Below, in pieces: positions 25,106 through 37,300 of a stretch of DNA of 64,000 nt. How positions within the stretch are numbered: position 1 is the first letter of the stretch; each line of letters starts with the position of its first letter. The position numbers were made by a program, and so were the translations under genes. The stretch is from positions 167,400,001 to 167,464,000 of the forward strand of contig NC_042999.1 in assembly GCF_006345805.1 (NCBI RefSeq), written 5' to 3'. Origin of the DNA: Octopus sinensis (Eukaryota). Below the pieces are notes generated by a model. That model worked only from the letters and a program-made list of their open reading frames with translations, was not told the DNA's origin and did no database searches.

Positions 25106-25833
25106 GGGCAGGACCGCTCCCCGGCAAGGGGACTCAGTCTGCTGCTTGGCGCCATCTTCGCCGACGACCACACCGGTGGCGACCACTTGCTCCTTGGTGG
25201 TTGTCGGCCGCTTCGTCGGCGCTCGATTTCCGGACCGCCAGCATCGGACACACTTCCCCTCCGATCCGTCGTCGTGATCTATTCCCGTCGGGTCGGTAGG
25301 CGGGCGGCGTCCGCAGGTCGTAGGCAACGGCCCGCGCAGCCAGCTTCTCTTAACCAGGTCCGTCACTCCTCAAACGCAGAAAACAGGGGCGACTTTCGAT
25401 CTATCAGCCTACAATATGACAAATTTATCCATTCGAAGAACAAGGAAGCGGTGTCATGTCAAAAGGTCAACCCAGAACAAACAGAACAGTCTCCTATTGT
25501 CACTGTCAATCCTTTAATGACGAATCAAAACTCATGCCGAATCGGTCATCACCCGGGGCCTTAAAAAATAAGGGAAATAACCTCATCTATTCCACTGCTA
25601 AAGTTGTAACTGCTCAACTTGGTATCATGACGACACGGAAAAGGACCAACCATGTAAATAGACCTCCTAAGTGGAAAGTAACAATACAAAAAAAGATCGA
25701 ATCTCTGCGGGCGGAAGTATCAGTTCTCGACGAACTTGCCAGAGGAATAAATGTTCAGACGAAACAAGTTAGAAAAATCAAGCAAAAATATAAAATCAAA
25801 GATTTTATAAACCTGCAACCCAAAAACTATTGA
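25102..25833 (+). mobile_element. 5' end (GC-rich leader plus N-terminal ORF piece) of an R4/Dong-like element after (TAA)n
   Basis: Begins directly after (TAA)n; NNLIYSTAKVV..PPKWKVTIQKKIESLRAEVSVL parallels IIYSVAKVI..WRSRIETEIESLRREISIL in ORF 7224. Confidence 0.65.
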
Positions 25834-26280
25834 AGGGGAAATTGGTAGCGCATAAACTGTGCTATAATAAGAAATTAATGCATTATAGAAGGCATGAAAA
25901 TTGCAGCAAAGAAAATTAGACAAATGTAATTAGATTTGTAATTTTTACTGCAAAAATGGTTTTGTTTAGAAGCATGGGTGAGATTGAAGATTTGTTGGAA
26001 ATATGCGTTACCTTAGTGTTTCAAGGTATTACCTTAGTGTTAGCCATTGTTTGCCATAGGACGAACTACATGTAAATTTTTATTTTTATCGTAATATACT
26101 TCTATCTAACTGCTTTTTTTTCTTAGTTTCTATATTTACACGAAAATTAAAGGGACTATTAGTAGGATTTATTCTACGATTATACTATTTCATTTTTTGT
26201 TGTTTTTTTGTTTTGTTTTATCTATTTTTCAAGTGTGAGCTCTTATTGTCTCAAAGACAATTATTCAAAATTTTGTCGTC

Positions 26281-27306
26281 TGGAATAAAATGGTGTAAAA
26301 CAATGTAATCTTCTCTTCAGGGAAATTAAGTAATGAAACTCGTCAATAAGACATTTTATCAGAATATGATAGATATGTATTGTGATTAATTGAACGCTAT
26401 TAAGTTTTAAAAAGAAAACGTTAGAGGATATAACGTCAAAGGTAGCCTATAGAAAGAGGAGGAGTAAAGGAAAGAAAAAAACAAATAAATGAGAAGTATA
26501 TAACGATATGTAAATTAATTAAAACCCTAAAGTCTTGGAAAAAAGATATATCTAGTGAATGTGAAATGTAAGAAGAAAAATAATGTTTAAATTATATATA
26601 ATGATAGATATCACTTATATGAACTAAAGGTGTGCTTTTGCCAATGTTTACATCGGTATGCACGCTGTATAACCGTGTTTACAAGGGGATTTTTAGAAAA
26701 AATAATTAAAAAATAATTCAGAATTATAGAAAGACAGAATTCCTTGCTTTTATCATAAGGAATCGAAATTGTTTATTGTGGCCTTTTAGATACCAAATTA
26801 ATTTACTAAGCCCTGTACTGTTACGTTTATTCATATCCCTAAATGTTGAGTATTGATTAGAAATTATTTTAGATAACTGAGAAGAGGAACTGTCTATATA
26901 AAAAAAATACATCGTTACCTGAAGTAATTTTACACTGGTATATAGAATTTTTAATTTTAGAGCTATTTGACATAAACTTGATACTGTTGTAACTGACTTC
27001 AGATACAATAACCTTGTTATTAATATTTCTAGGGGGATAGGTGGTATTAGCTAAATTAATGTTAGTATTAATAAATGTATCCATATTTAATAGGCTAATA
27101 TTTCTATAGGCTAACTTTCATGTTATATCCTCTAATTTATTCTTAAAAAGAAACTTAATAGCGTTCAATTAATCACTATATATATATATCCATCATATTC
27201 TGTTGACGACATTCATTTCTTAATTTCCCTGAAGAGATTACATTGTTTTACACCATTTTATTCCTTTGGAATAATACCAGTGATGTCTTCGAAACATGTG
27301 TCGGAA
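26281..27306 (-). mobile_element. Penelope-like element remnant: GIY-YIG endonuclease fragment between inverted terminal repeats
   Basis: IYQCKITSGNDVFF/YIDSSSSQLSKIISNQYSTFRDMNKRNSTGLSKLIWYLK (ORFs 26724-27084); 26281-26453 is inverted at 27101-27264. Confidence 0.75.
27225..27306 (+). ncRNA. Type I hammerhead-like motif in a Penelope pLTR
   Basis: ttcc-CTGAAGA-gattacattg...cagtgatgtcttc-GAAA-catgtg-TC-ggaa. Confidence 0.65.
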
Positions 27307-27508
27307 GAAAAGAATTTGAATAACACCTGCGTTTAACTCCATTCATTTATTTATATATACATTATACAAAATATTTCACGTAAACCCGGAGTTTCTGCCT
27401 TTAAAAACAAAGAGGTACACCCTTTGTACTTGTGTGAATTTTTGCTACCCTGGTAGCTATTTATCTAATTTTTTCCGTGTTGATTGTTACCAAGGGAAAA
27501 ATGCACAC

Positions 27509-27539
<31 letters not shown>

Positions 27540-27542
<3 letters not shown>

Positions 27543-27755
27543 TTTTCTATTCTAGGCACAAGGCCCAAAATTTTAGGGGAGGGCGCAGTCAATTAGATCG
27601 ACCTCAGTACGCAGTTGGTACATAATTTATCGACCCCTAAAGGATGAAAGGCAAACTCGACCTCGGAGGAATTTGAACTCAGAACGTAAAGACAGACGAA
27701 ATTGTGCTAAGCATTTCGCCACGCTTGCTAACAATTCTGCCAGCTCACCGCCTTT
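27540..27755 (-). mobile_element. SINE family A
   Basis: Near-complete reverse copy ending gccagctcaccgcc. Confidence 0.85.
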
Positions 27756-27801
27756 GTATACGTATGTACACATGCACGCACACACACACACACACAAAAC
27801 A

Positions 27802-27843
<42 letters not shown>

Positions 27844-27867
27844 ACACACACACACACACACACACAC

Positions 27868-27941
<74 letters not shown>

Positions 27942-28472
27942 CGTATACATTTCATTCAACCACGGCAGTGGTTGAATATATTCTTAAGTCCAGCATTTCG
28001 TCAATCACAGCAGCTTCCAAGCTAGCAGTTTCCAAGTTAACAGTTTCAAAGAGGACACCTCCTCAGCTACACTTTGGCATAAATAGTTTGAGATTTGGTT
28101 CAGTAGCAGAAAAGTTACATCAAAATATCTGCGACCTCAAGGGAGGGGGACAGTAAGGCATCTATTCATCTTCAATTAACATAAAGTTTTTTATTGTAAA
28201 ATAAAAGTATAATTTTCTTGGGCTTAAATAATAGAAAAAAATGCACGAGGAATTCAGATTCGTTAGCCGCATTAAAAAAAATTAGAAGGAAAAAAATTAT
28301 GAAGTGAAATATAATGATATTTATTGTCAGTAAGTGAGGAAGTAACAAGTAACGCCACAAGCTATAACGTTAAGATAAGAATATATTTCTGAGATGAATG
28401 TTTACATTCTAACGTGGCGAGTTGGCAGAACTGTTAACGTACCGGGGCGGTATTTCGTGTATACGTTTATAC

Positions 28473-28534
<62 letters not shown>

Positions 28535-28960
28535 TATATATTGTTGTATTTCGGAATGGTTATGTTGCCAGTTTAGCCAATAAAAACACACGCACTATAT
28601 ATTTGGTGTTACTTTGCTTCAGTGTTATTTATTTTTTACATTAATCTTAATCTTATTTCGGCGAGAGTTCTTTCGTCACACTCCTGTGACCGCATCAGTG
28701 TTCCTTTGTTTTCTTCTTTCTTATTTGTGTCTCTCCTTACTAACCGTCAGCCATTTTGTATTTCTATTGTATGTCTTCATTTGCGCATGCTTATATCTCT
28801 ATGTGCGTCTATGTTTATTTAGTGTGTGTGTGGGGGGATGCCTGTAATATTTGTATCTTCTGTTTATATACATTCGTGTAATTTGTTTTTGTTTTTGTTT
28901 ATTCTTATTTTGTTCATGTGCTTACATCCACTTATTATTATTATTATTATTATTATTATT

Positions 28961-29514
28961 GAGTGAGAGAGCAGTTCATGCCATCAAAGTGACACTGGGG
29001 TAAAATATACGAAGCTCAATATACCCATCATGACTACCCGTCTGACAAGGGTACACCAAGTACATGCATCACAACCATATGTGCGCGACATGGTGATCTC
29101 ATAAAAAGATAAACAGCACATGACCTTGCAGGTGGGGCCCAGTTAGAATTTTCTTCTGTTTCAGTAGCCCATCCCGCTCAAAAGGTCCCTGAATAAGGGT
29201 TGTTTAAGGATGTTGAAAGAACCACCCATGTTTCCAGAGGTGAATTATTCAAACCCCAAAGAATCCCTCTCAACACATGGCTATAATGCTCCCCCACTAC
29301 ACCTGCTCGTGATCAGAGATGCACATATCGTCAGCCACTAAGGGACATGCTCAACTGGTTAAAGTCAAACAACTGACAAGCAAATCTGTGATATTGAGCA
29401 GAATATTTGCTGTAGCCCATCTTTTATACCAAGACAAAACAATGTACATGATAACACTTCCAATCAGTTAAGATCAGAAGCCATGAGAGCCACTGCCTGG
29501 TACTGCATCCGGGC

Positions 29515-29518
<4 letters not shown>
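28961..29518 (-). mobile_element. Non-coding element inserted in (TAA)n, possibly a non-autonomous R4/Dong partner
   Basis: 558-bp complex block with sharp ends and (TTA)n on both sides; no ORF, TIR or Pol III boxes seen. Strand is inferred. Confidence 0.55.
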
Positions 29519-29577
<59 letters not shown>

Positions 29578-29602
29578 CATCATCATTATCATTATTATTA
29601 TA

Positions 29603-29652
<50 letters not shown>

Positions 29653-29755
29653 CATTATTATTATTATTATTATTATTACTACGTATGCTTGTATGTATGT
29701 TTGTATAACAACAATACTAGTAATAATACTAATACTAATAATAATAATAATAATA

Positions 29756-29793
<38 letters not shown>

Positions 29794-30058
29794 CATTTTT
29801 TAAGAATTTAAAATTAAAAAAACGTTGTTTTAAGCTTAAGCCGAGGTTTATATTTATTATTTTTATTTTTATTTTTACTCACATATTTAATTATGTTACA
29901 TCAAATTAATGTACAATTTCCTTATTTTACAAAATTATACACAACGAACAGTATTTTCTAAAATATTTTAGCATATATACGTTATGATGTAGATATGTCC
30001 TTATATATTTATGAGTATGTATGTATTGTAGGTGTATATATGTATGTTTATGCATGTA

Positions 30059-30113
<55 letters not shown>

Positions 30114-30130
30114 GTGTATGTGTATGTGTA

Positions 30131-30543
30131 TGCCGTTATCTCTTCTAGAGAGACTTAGTAATTTTAATATTTCTATTATTGAAAACAAGTGGATGTATTC
30201 CACCGAAACTAGTTACATAAAACCTTCGAACAGAGACGATCAGTGGCGACCCCTGCTGGGTCTGACTACGCTACATTGACAAAGGGCAAATACCCTGAAA
30301 CGCGTCTGTAGCTGTCTGACTGGCAGTGTGAAGCGGCTGACCTCCCTTGTTCGAAGGTTATAATGGACACAGTTTGTGTGTCAAATAGCTAGCTTAATGC
30401 GATGGTCTCATGGAGCTAATCAGCGACAGCTTTAGTCTTATATCTATAAGACTGCCATATTAATATGGTGATAACAATTAATTTCCAGTAACGCTGCCGT
30501 AATCTCTTTTAGAGAGAATTAGTAATTTTAATATTTCTATTAT
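30131..30543 (+). mobile_element. Retrozyme/pLTR-like unit: 364-bp monomer with 49-bp terminal direct repeat and internal hammerhead
   Basis: 30131-30179 repeats at 30495-30543 with 3 mismatches; hammerhead motif at 30270-30312. Confidence 0.6.
30270..30312 (+). ncRNA. Minimal type I hammerhead-like motif (core substitutions)
   Basis: GCTACA-ttgacaa-AGGG(caaata)CCCT-GAAA-CGCG-TC-TGTAGC; perfect stems, but the core differs from CTGACGA at two positions. Confidence 0.7.
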
Positions 30544-30593
30544 ATATATATATATATATATATGTTTATATACATATATATATGTTTATATAC

Positions 30594-30679
<86 letters not shown>

Positions 30680-30806
30680 GTGTGTGTGTGTGTGTGTAAG
30701 TATATGTGTGTATACTTTTTATATGTGAGCTTGCATTTGCGTCCATATCGTTGTATTTTTGTATATTTTTTTTTTGAGTATCCATATGTGTGTATATTGT
30801 ATGTGT

Positions 30807-31123
30807 GAGGGCGCGTGGCTTAGTGGTTAGGGCATTCGGCTCATGATCGTAAGTTGTGAGTTCGATTCCCGGCGACGCGTTGTGTCCTTGAGCAAGACAC
30901 TTTATTTCACGTTGCTCCAGTCCACTCAGCTGGCAAAAATGAGTTGTACTTGTATTTCAAAGGGTCAGCCTTGTCACTCTCTGTGTCACGCTGATTATCC
31001 CCGAGAACTACGTTAAGGTACACGTGTCTGTGGAATGCTCAGCCATTTGCACGTTAATTTCACGAGCAAGCTGTTCCGTTGATCGTATCAGCTGGGACCC
31101 TCGTCGTCGTAACCGGCGGAGAG
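30807..31123 (+). mobile_element. tRNA-derived CORE-type SINE (family C)
   Basis: A-box tggcttagtgg, B-box gagttcgattccc and CORE-like gtgtccttgagcaagacacttt. Confidence 0.85.
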
Positions 31124-31477
31124 AAAAGAGAGATATTGTATGTATATTTATACTTATGTAGATATTCATGTAATTTTATGTGTGCGTTTTTATGTGTTCG
31201 TTGCGCAAGCCATATGAAGTATCCAACTGTTGTTATTATGTAGCACTCCCTGCCCCTATCTATTCCCCCCTTTCTCTCACTAGTTCTTTGGTTCTCTTTC
31301 TTTTATTTTATTTTTATTTTCTCTTCCTCCTCCCCATACCTAATATATTCTCTGATTTTTCCTTCTTTCTTTCGCCTGAAACGACTAACTTGTATAAGAA
31401 TACGCCAGGAGATTTTATGCGCATGCATTTGTGCTTGTATATGTATATATACATATATATATATGTATATATATTAT

Positions 31478-31511
<34 letters not shown>

Positions 31512-32069
31512 CATATATATATACATATATATATACATAAGTATATATATACATATATATATTATATATATATATATACTATATATATAATATATATAAC
31601 ATATATATATATGCACATATATATATATACATTTGTATATATTTTTATATCTTGCTTATATAGGTCTGTATATGTTTGTAGCTATGTACATACATCTGTA
31701 TGTTTTAGTGTATATATGTATATTATAGATAGTTTGGTATGCACATATACTGCTAAATGTATATGTAATCCAACGTGAAAACTTTTTTAAACGGATATAT
31801 CTTTTAATGAATTAATTGATTAATATTTTACAAATAATTATTTACCCTGGGTATTTTGACTGTCCTTCTCTATAAGCTATTTTTGATTTAAGGTTTTCTT
31901 CGATTCTATAACATGATTTTATACCGATTTCGTTCATTGCATGCAACCGGTTATTGTAAAGACCGTAAGTTGAAAGGACCAATGAAACAAAACTATTTTC
32001 AAATGTGTATTCATTAAACTAATTGTACATGTTTGCTTATAACCTTATTTCTGTTCCATTCTAAACAAA

Positions 32070-32105
32070 ACTGTCCGACGAACGGGAACGTGAAACTCTA
32101 ACAGT
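32070..32105 (+). ncRNA. Minimal hammerhead-like motif
   Basis: ACTGT-ccgacga-ACG(ggaa)CGT-GAAA-ctc-TA-ACAGT. Confidence 0.55.
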
Positions 32106-32151
32106 ATTTGTGATATTTTTGCTGCTTTTTAATACAGTATATATAAATATA

Positions 32152-32512
32152 GGCGCAGGAGTGGCTGTGTGGCTTGCTTACCAACCACATGGTTCCGGTT
32201 TCATTCCTACTACGTGGGCCGACCAAAGCCTTGTGAGTTGATTTGGTAGACAGAAACTGAAAGAAGCCCGTCGTATATATGTATATATACATGTATGCAT
32301 GTGTATATGTTTGTGTGTCTGTGTTTGTCCCCCCAACATCGCTTGGCAACCGATGGTGGTGTGATTGCATCCCCGTAAAATAGCGGTTCGGCATAAGGAA
32401 CCGATGGAATAAGCACTAGGCTTACAAAGAATAATCCCTGGGGTCGATTTGCTCGACTAAAGGCGGTGCTCCAGCAAGGCCACAGTCAGATGACTGAAAC
32501 AAGTAAGAGAGT
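32152..32512 (+). mobile_element. SINE family B
   Basis: Head ggcgcaggagtggctgtgtgg through tail gaaacaagtaagagag. Confidence 0.85.
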
Positions 32513-32515
32513 ATA

Positions 32516-32573
<58 letters not shown>

Positions 32574-32623
32574 CGTATATATATCTACATGCGTATATAT
32601 ATACCTCTATGTATAGGTATATA

Positions 32624-33843
32624 CTAGCATTATGACCCGTCGTTGCCGGGTCATAGTGCTAGTGCATGTATATATGTGTATATATATGTGTACATATTAC
32701 ACGTACATCTATATATATACATCTACACATAAAATACAAAATACAAGGTTATATCTTGATAACGCTAGTGATAACAATGCTCAAAATATATAACAGACTT
32801 ATTTTTTATTTCGTTTGGTGGTGTTATCCTAGATTCACCGTCTTTGTCGGTGATCAATCCGAAATAGGTTTGTATTTCTTCCATTTTAATTTTAATGAGT
32901 TCGCGCCCGCCGACGCCTGCAGCGAAATTCATTTTTGGACTTTCTTCTATCGAAGGCATTCTAACAAAAATGCTTCTGTATAAGCGGTGAAAATATTGTC
33001 AATTTCCCCAAAAAGGGACACAATTCAATTTTTAAACAATAACCAAAGCTCCTTCTCCCAAAGGGGGAGGGTTACAGTCTACAATTATTTAACAAATGCA
33101 ACACAACAACGTTTCCCTTACGAGGAATCAACAAACGTGATAACAATAGTTAAACAGTAATAATAATAACAACAAACCTTACGGTGAATCAAAAAGCAGT
33201 ACGCAGTTGAAGCTATAGTCCTTTATGTATCAGAAATAAACCAACTGCAGTACTCAGTAGAAGGGGCTGTTCGAGAAAACAGACATTACATACAGCCAAA
33301 CTTCATATAGATACTTAATGCTAGCTAATTAGCAGATAATCTAATGTAAAAACCGTGGTAAACGGTATGTGCACAGCTCCATCTGGACTATTCCATTTCT
33401 GCACACTAATTTTATTTTTAATTTATTCCCATTCATGTGAAACCACTTATTCAAGTTCAAGTCATTGATGCAATTTTATACCAATTCCTATTTTTACTTT
33501 CGTTATGTTACGATTATACTATACTTTAGTTTGATTTTAATTATTACTTACTACATATAATTCAATTGTTATTATTATCTCTAATTTTTATTGTTAAAGT
33601 GAAAGTATCTGACATAAAATGGAGAAATGTTTTTGTTTCACTTTTAACACGTAATACTGAAATAGTGGAGAAGATATGATATTGCTATGGGCTCGCTCTA
33701 GGCAAGAAGTTGAACATTTTTTTGCCCATGAAACTACGTGGACCCTAAGTAAGGCATGTGTAAAATTTGAATGAAATTGGTTGTGTAGTTCTCAAGTTTT
33801 AGGGAAACACACAGACACACATTCTCAGTTTTATGTATATAGA
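32624..33843 (-). mobile_element. Complete non-autonomous Helitron
   Basis: Minus strand A|TCTATATACATAAAAC ... GC hairpin (acccg/cgggt) ... CTAG|T; the 5' part matches 39273-39715. Confidence 0.75.
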
Positions 33844-33858
33844 TATACACACACACAT

Positions 33859-33912
<54 letters not shown>

Positions 33913-33962
33913 CACACATATTATATATATACATATATGTATATATATATGTATATACATAT

Positions 33963-33993
<31 letters not shown>

Positions 33994-34022
33994 TATATAT
34001 TATATATATACATATATGTATA

Positions 34023-34080
<58 letters not shown>

Positions 34081-34099
34081 TATATATATGTATGTATAT

Positions 34100-34165
<66 letters not shown>

Positions 34166-34453
34166 ATGATAGGTAAATAGTTGTGAAATTGTATAAGTTG
34201 GATAGAATATTAAATGAGGAGTGGATGGCTATTTCCGTTAATGTGTAGTAAATTGATACATGCGAGGTTGCTAGTTGTACTAACAATAACAAATATCTTA
34301 TTTTCCAAATTGGAATGTTATCCCAAACGAAATATATATAAAGGAAACATAATCATCTTGATTATCATGCTGAAGAAAGAAGTGAAGATGAACAACCATG
34401 TATTCTAGATTAGAATATAAAACTGGCGAGTAGCTTATATATATATATATATA

Positions 34454-35056
34454 CTAGCTTAAGGTGACCCGCTCTACGTGCGGGTAAGAGTGTGGTTGTT
34501 ACTTTCTGTTGCTTCCTTTCCTCTTTTTATCACCACATTCTCCCTCTTTGTTTCTCTCTCCTTTCTCTCTCACTTCCCCACTCTCTTACTCTTCATTTCT
34601 CTCGGACTCTCCCTCGCTTTCTCTTACTCTCTATCTTTCTCTATCTATCTATCTCCCATTTATAAACAACAAAAAACTTGAGTAAGTTGAGAAAGAAAAT
34701 ATTTTGAAACATCAATCATAAATATCAGGCAGTGACAACGGAAAGGTCTGCTTCAAGACAGACAGCAAAACACTAACATTTAAAAGGGAAAGACGAACTT
34801 GCGAGCTGAATAAAATTTTTAAAATATTGGAAACCAAAGTTTGAAGGGATAGAATCTGAGGATAGTAGAGTCACCATGGCTGGCATTTCTTAACGACGGA
34901 CAGCAACGTAGTGGCAGTTTAATGGCTGGCGTAAAATGTTGAACTTGATGTAAAGAAAATTCCTGAACACCAAGTTTTGAAGTGATTTTTTCTCACGACA
35001 TTTTGCTTAATATAACCCGATTTCATTCAGGTCTACTTGGGCCATAGTTTATAAGA
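34454..35056 (-). mobile_element. Non-autonomous Helitron
   Basis: Minus strand A|TCTTATAAA ... acccgc(acgtaga)gcgggt-caccttaag-CTAG|T; the 5' boundary is less certain. Confidence 0.6.
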
Positions 35057-35566
35057 TGAGGAATTTTGTCCTAGAGGTCACACCTTTCATTTGAGGAAGA
35101 AAATAGTTGCCATGCAAACTCGCTAGCACTTTTAACATAGGTGTGCATATTTTCAGCTCAACCGACCACATAATGCACACATTATATATATATATACGCA
35201 TTATATATATGTGTGTGTGTGTGTGTACGCATTATATATATGTGTGTGTGTGTACGCATTATATATACAAATGTATACAAATTATATATGTATAATTTAA
35301 ATTTTAAATTTTATATTTTATATATTTTGTATGTTATATTAATTATATTTATTTTTATGTTTTGGTTTATGTTTTTCACTGTTTGATTTGCCTAATAGTG
35401 GTTTTATCTCCAATTTAATTTATATTTATACTGTGAAATTAGATTTAATACTATATCTAATTTTTCCCTGTAAGTTTGGATTTACTCCCTAATATTATTA
35501 TTATTATTATAATTAATATATTGATAAATTACGTTTATTGAGTGTAATATCTCAATTTCGTAAGTT

Positions 35567-37284
35567 ATGGAATTTACAGGTAAGATAGAACCGCTATTTT
35601 GGAATTCATCTTTGAAGAATATTCCTATACCCTCTAGCAAAGAATATATTTTGAAACTTATTAATAATATTAAGGATTTTGTTTCTAGGCTTAAATGGAA
35701 AGACTACTATTATAACTATAATATATCTAATTTTAATGATATTATGAATGATAATGATTTTACTTCTAATTTTAAATCTAAAAAACATCCCCCGTATAAT
35801 AGAGATTTACAGATCTTAGAAGATAATATTTGGAAGGTGATGAAAAACATTAAATTTCATAAATACCCAAACAGACATAATGAATATTTAAGAAATTTAG
35901 CTTTTAAAATTAAAGAAATGAGAATTATGGATGGTATTATTGTACAATTAGATAAAACTAGGAATCTATATAAACTGGATGTTAAATTATATGATAACCT
36001 TTTAGAGAAAGACATAATTAAAAATATAAAATTGTTCCAGATAGTACACTTTATAAATAAGGCCTCTAAATTAATTATGATGAAATATGAGTTGATAATA
36101 AAACTGAACCTTATGTACCTATGCACCCTAGAATTACTTTGAAAGACCATAAAGATAATTTTCATTCAGATCCTAAAGTTAGATTAATTTGTCCATGTAA
36201 ATCAGACCTTGGAAAATTGAGTAAACTAATTTTAGATAAATATATTAATAAATTAATTAAATTTAACTACCTAAAATTATGGTTTAGTAATAATGATACT
36301 TTAAATTGGTTTAATAATATTAAAGAAAAGTATCGATATAAATTTATTCAATTAGATATAGATAATTATTATTCTTCTATTAATGAAATTGTGTTTAATA
36401 AGGCCCTAATATACGCAATGAATAAAGTGGGAATGACTTTTGAAGAGGTTAATGTAATTAGAATGGCTAGGAAATCGTTTATTAGATACAATAATAAATT
36501 ATGGGCTAGGAAGGATACTAGGGAATATTTTGATATACCTATGGGGGCACCTGATTCTGCACACGCTACAGATTTGGTAGGTATTTATCTATTATCTGAA
36601 CTTCAATTAGAAAATTTAAAACTAGAGGGTGGTTTATATAGGGATGACCTTTTATTAATTACTAAGAATTGCACTAATAGGAACCTAGAATTATATAAGA
36701 AAAAACTTTATATTTTCTTTAAAAGATATGGTTTAAGTATTACTATATATAATGAGAATTATAATGTTAATTATTTAGATGTTAATTTTAATCTAATAAT
36801 GGGTAAAACACAACCATATCATAAATTTAATGAAAACGTTAGATATATAAATGTTAATAGTAATCACCCATCATCAATTAAAAAATCGTTGATTAATAAT
36901 ATACGTAAACGTATATCATTACTTTCTTATGATTTAGAGATTTTTAATAAACATGTACCTTATTACAATGAGGCCCTACGAGAGGCAGGTTATAATAGTA
37001 ATATTAATTTTTTTAATAAATATAAAGATATAAATACTAATAATAATTATAATAATTATGTTAGTCATATTAGTAGTAATTGTAGTAATTATAAAAATAA
37101 AAATAAAATTAAAAATAAGACAAATTTTCATATTAATTCAATAAATGTTAATTATAATTATAAATTTAATTTTAATAATATTATAAAGAAATATAATAAT
37201 AGTAATGGTAATAATGATAATGGTAATAATAATAATAGTAATAATAATATGATTAATTATAATAATGTAAAAAAAAAACAATAA
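35567..37284 (+). mobile_element. Penelope-like retroelement, Naiad-type RT (frameshifted, endonuclease missing)
   Basis: SLKNIPIPS..RLKWK, DKTRNLYK, ITLKDHKDNF..PKVRLI.P.KSDLGKLSKLILD, FIQLDIDNYYSSI, FDIPMGAPD, GLYRDD, YLDV and YINVNSNHP. Confidence 0.85.
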
Positions 37285-37300
37285 AAATAATAATAATAAT

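Noticed and set aside
30807-30880. tRNA gene
   Set aside because: A and B boxes are present, but there is no complete cloverleaf and the sequence continues into a SINE body.
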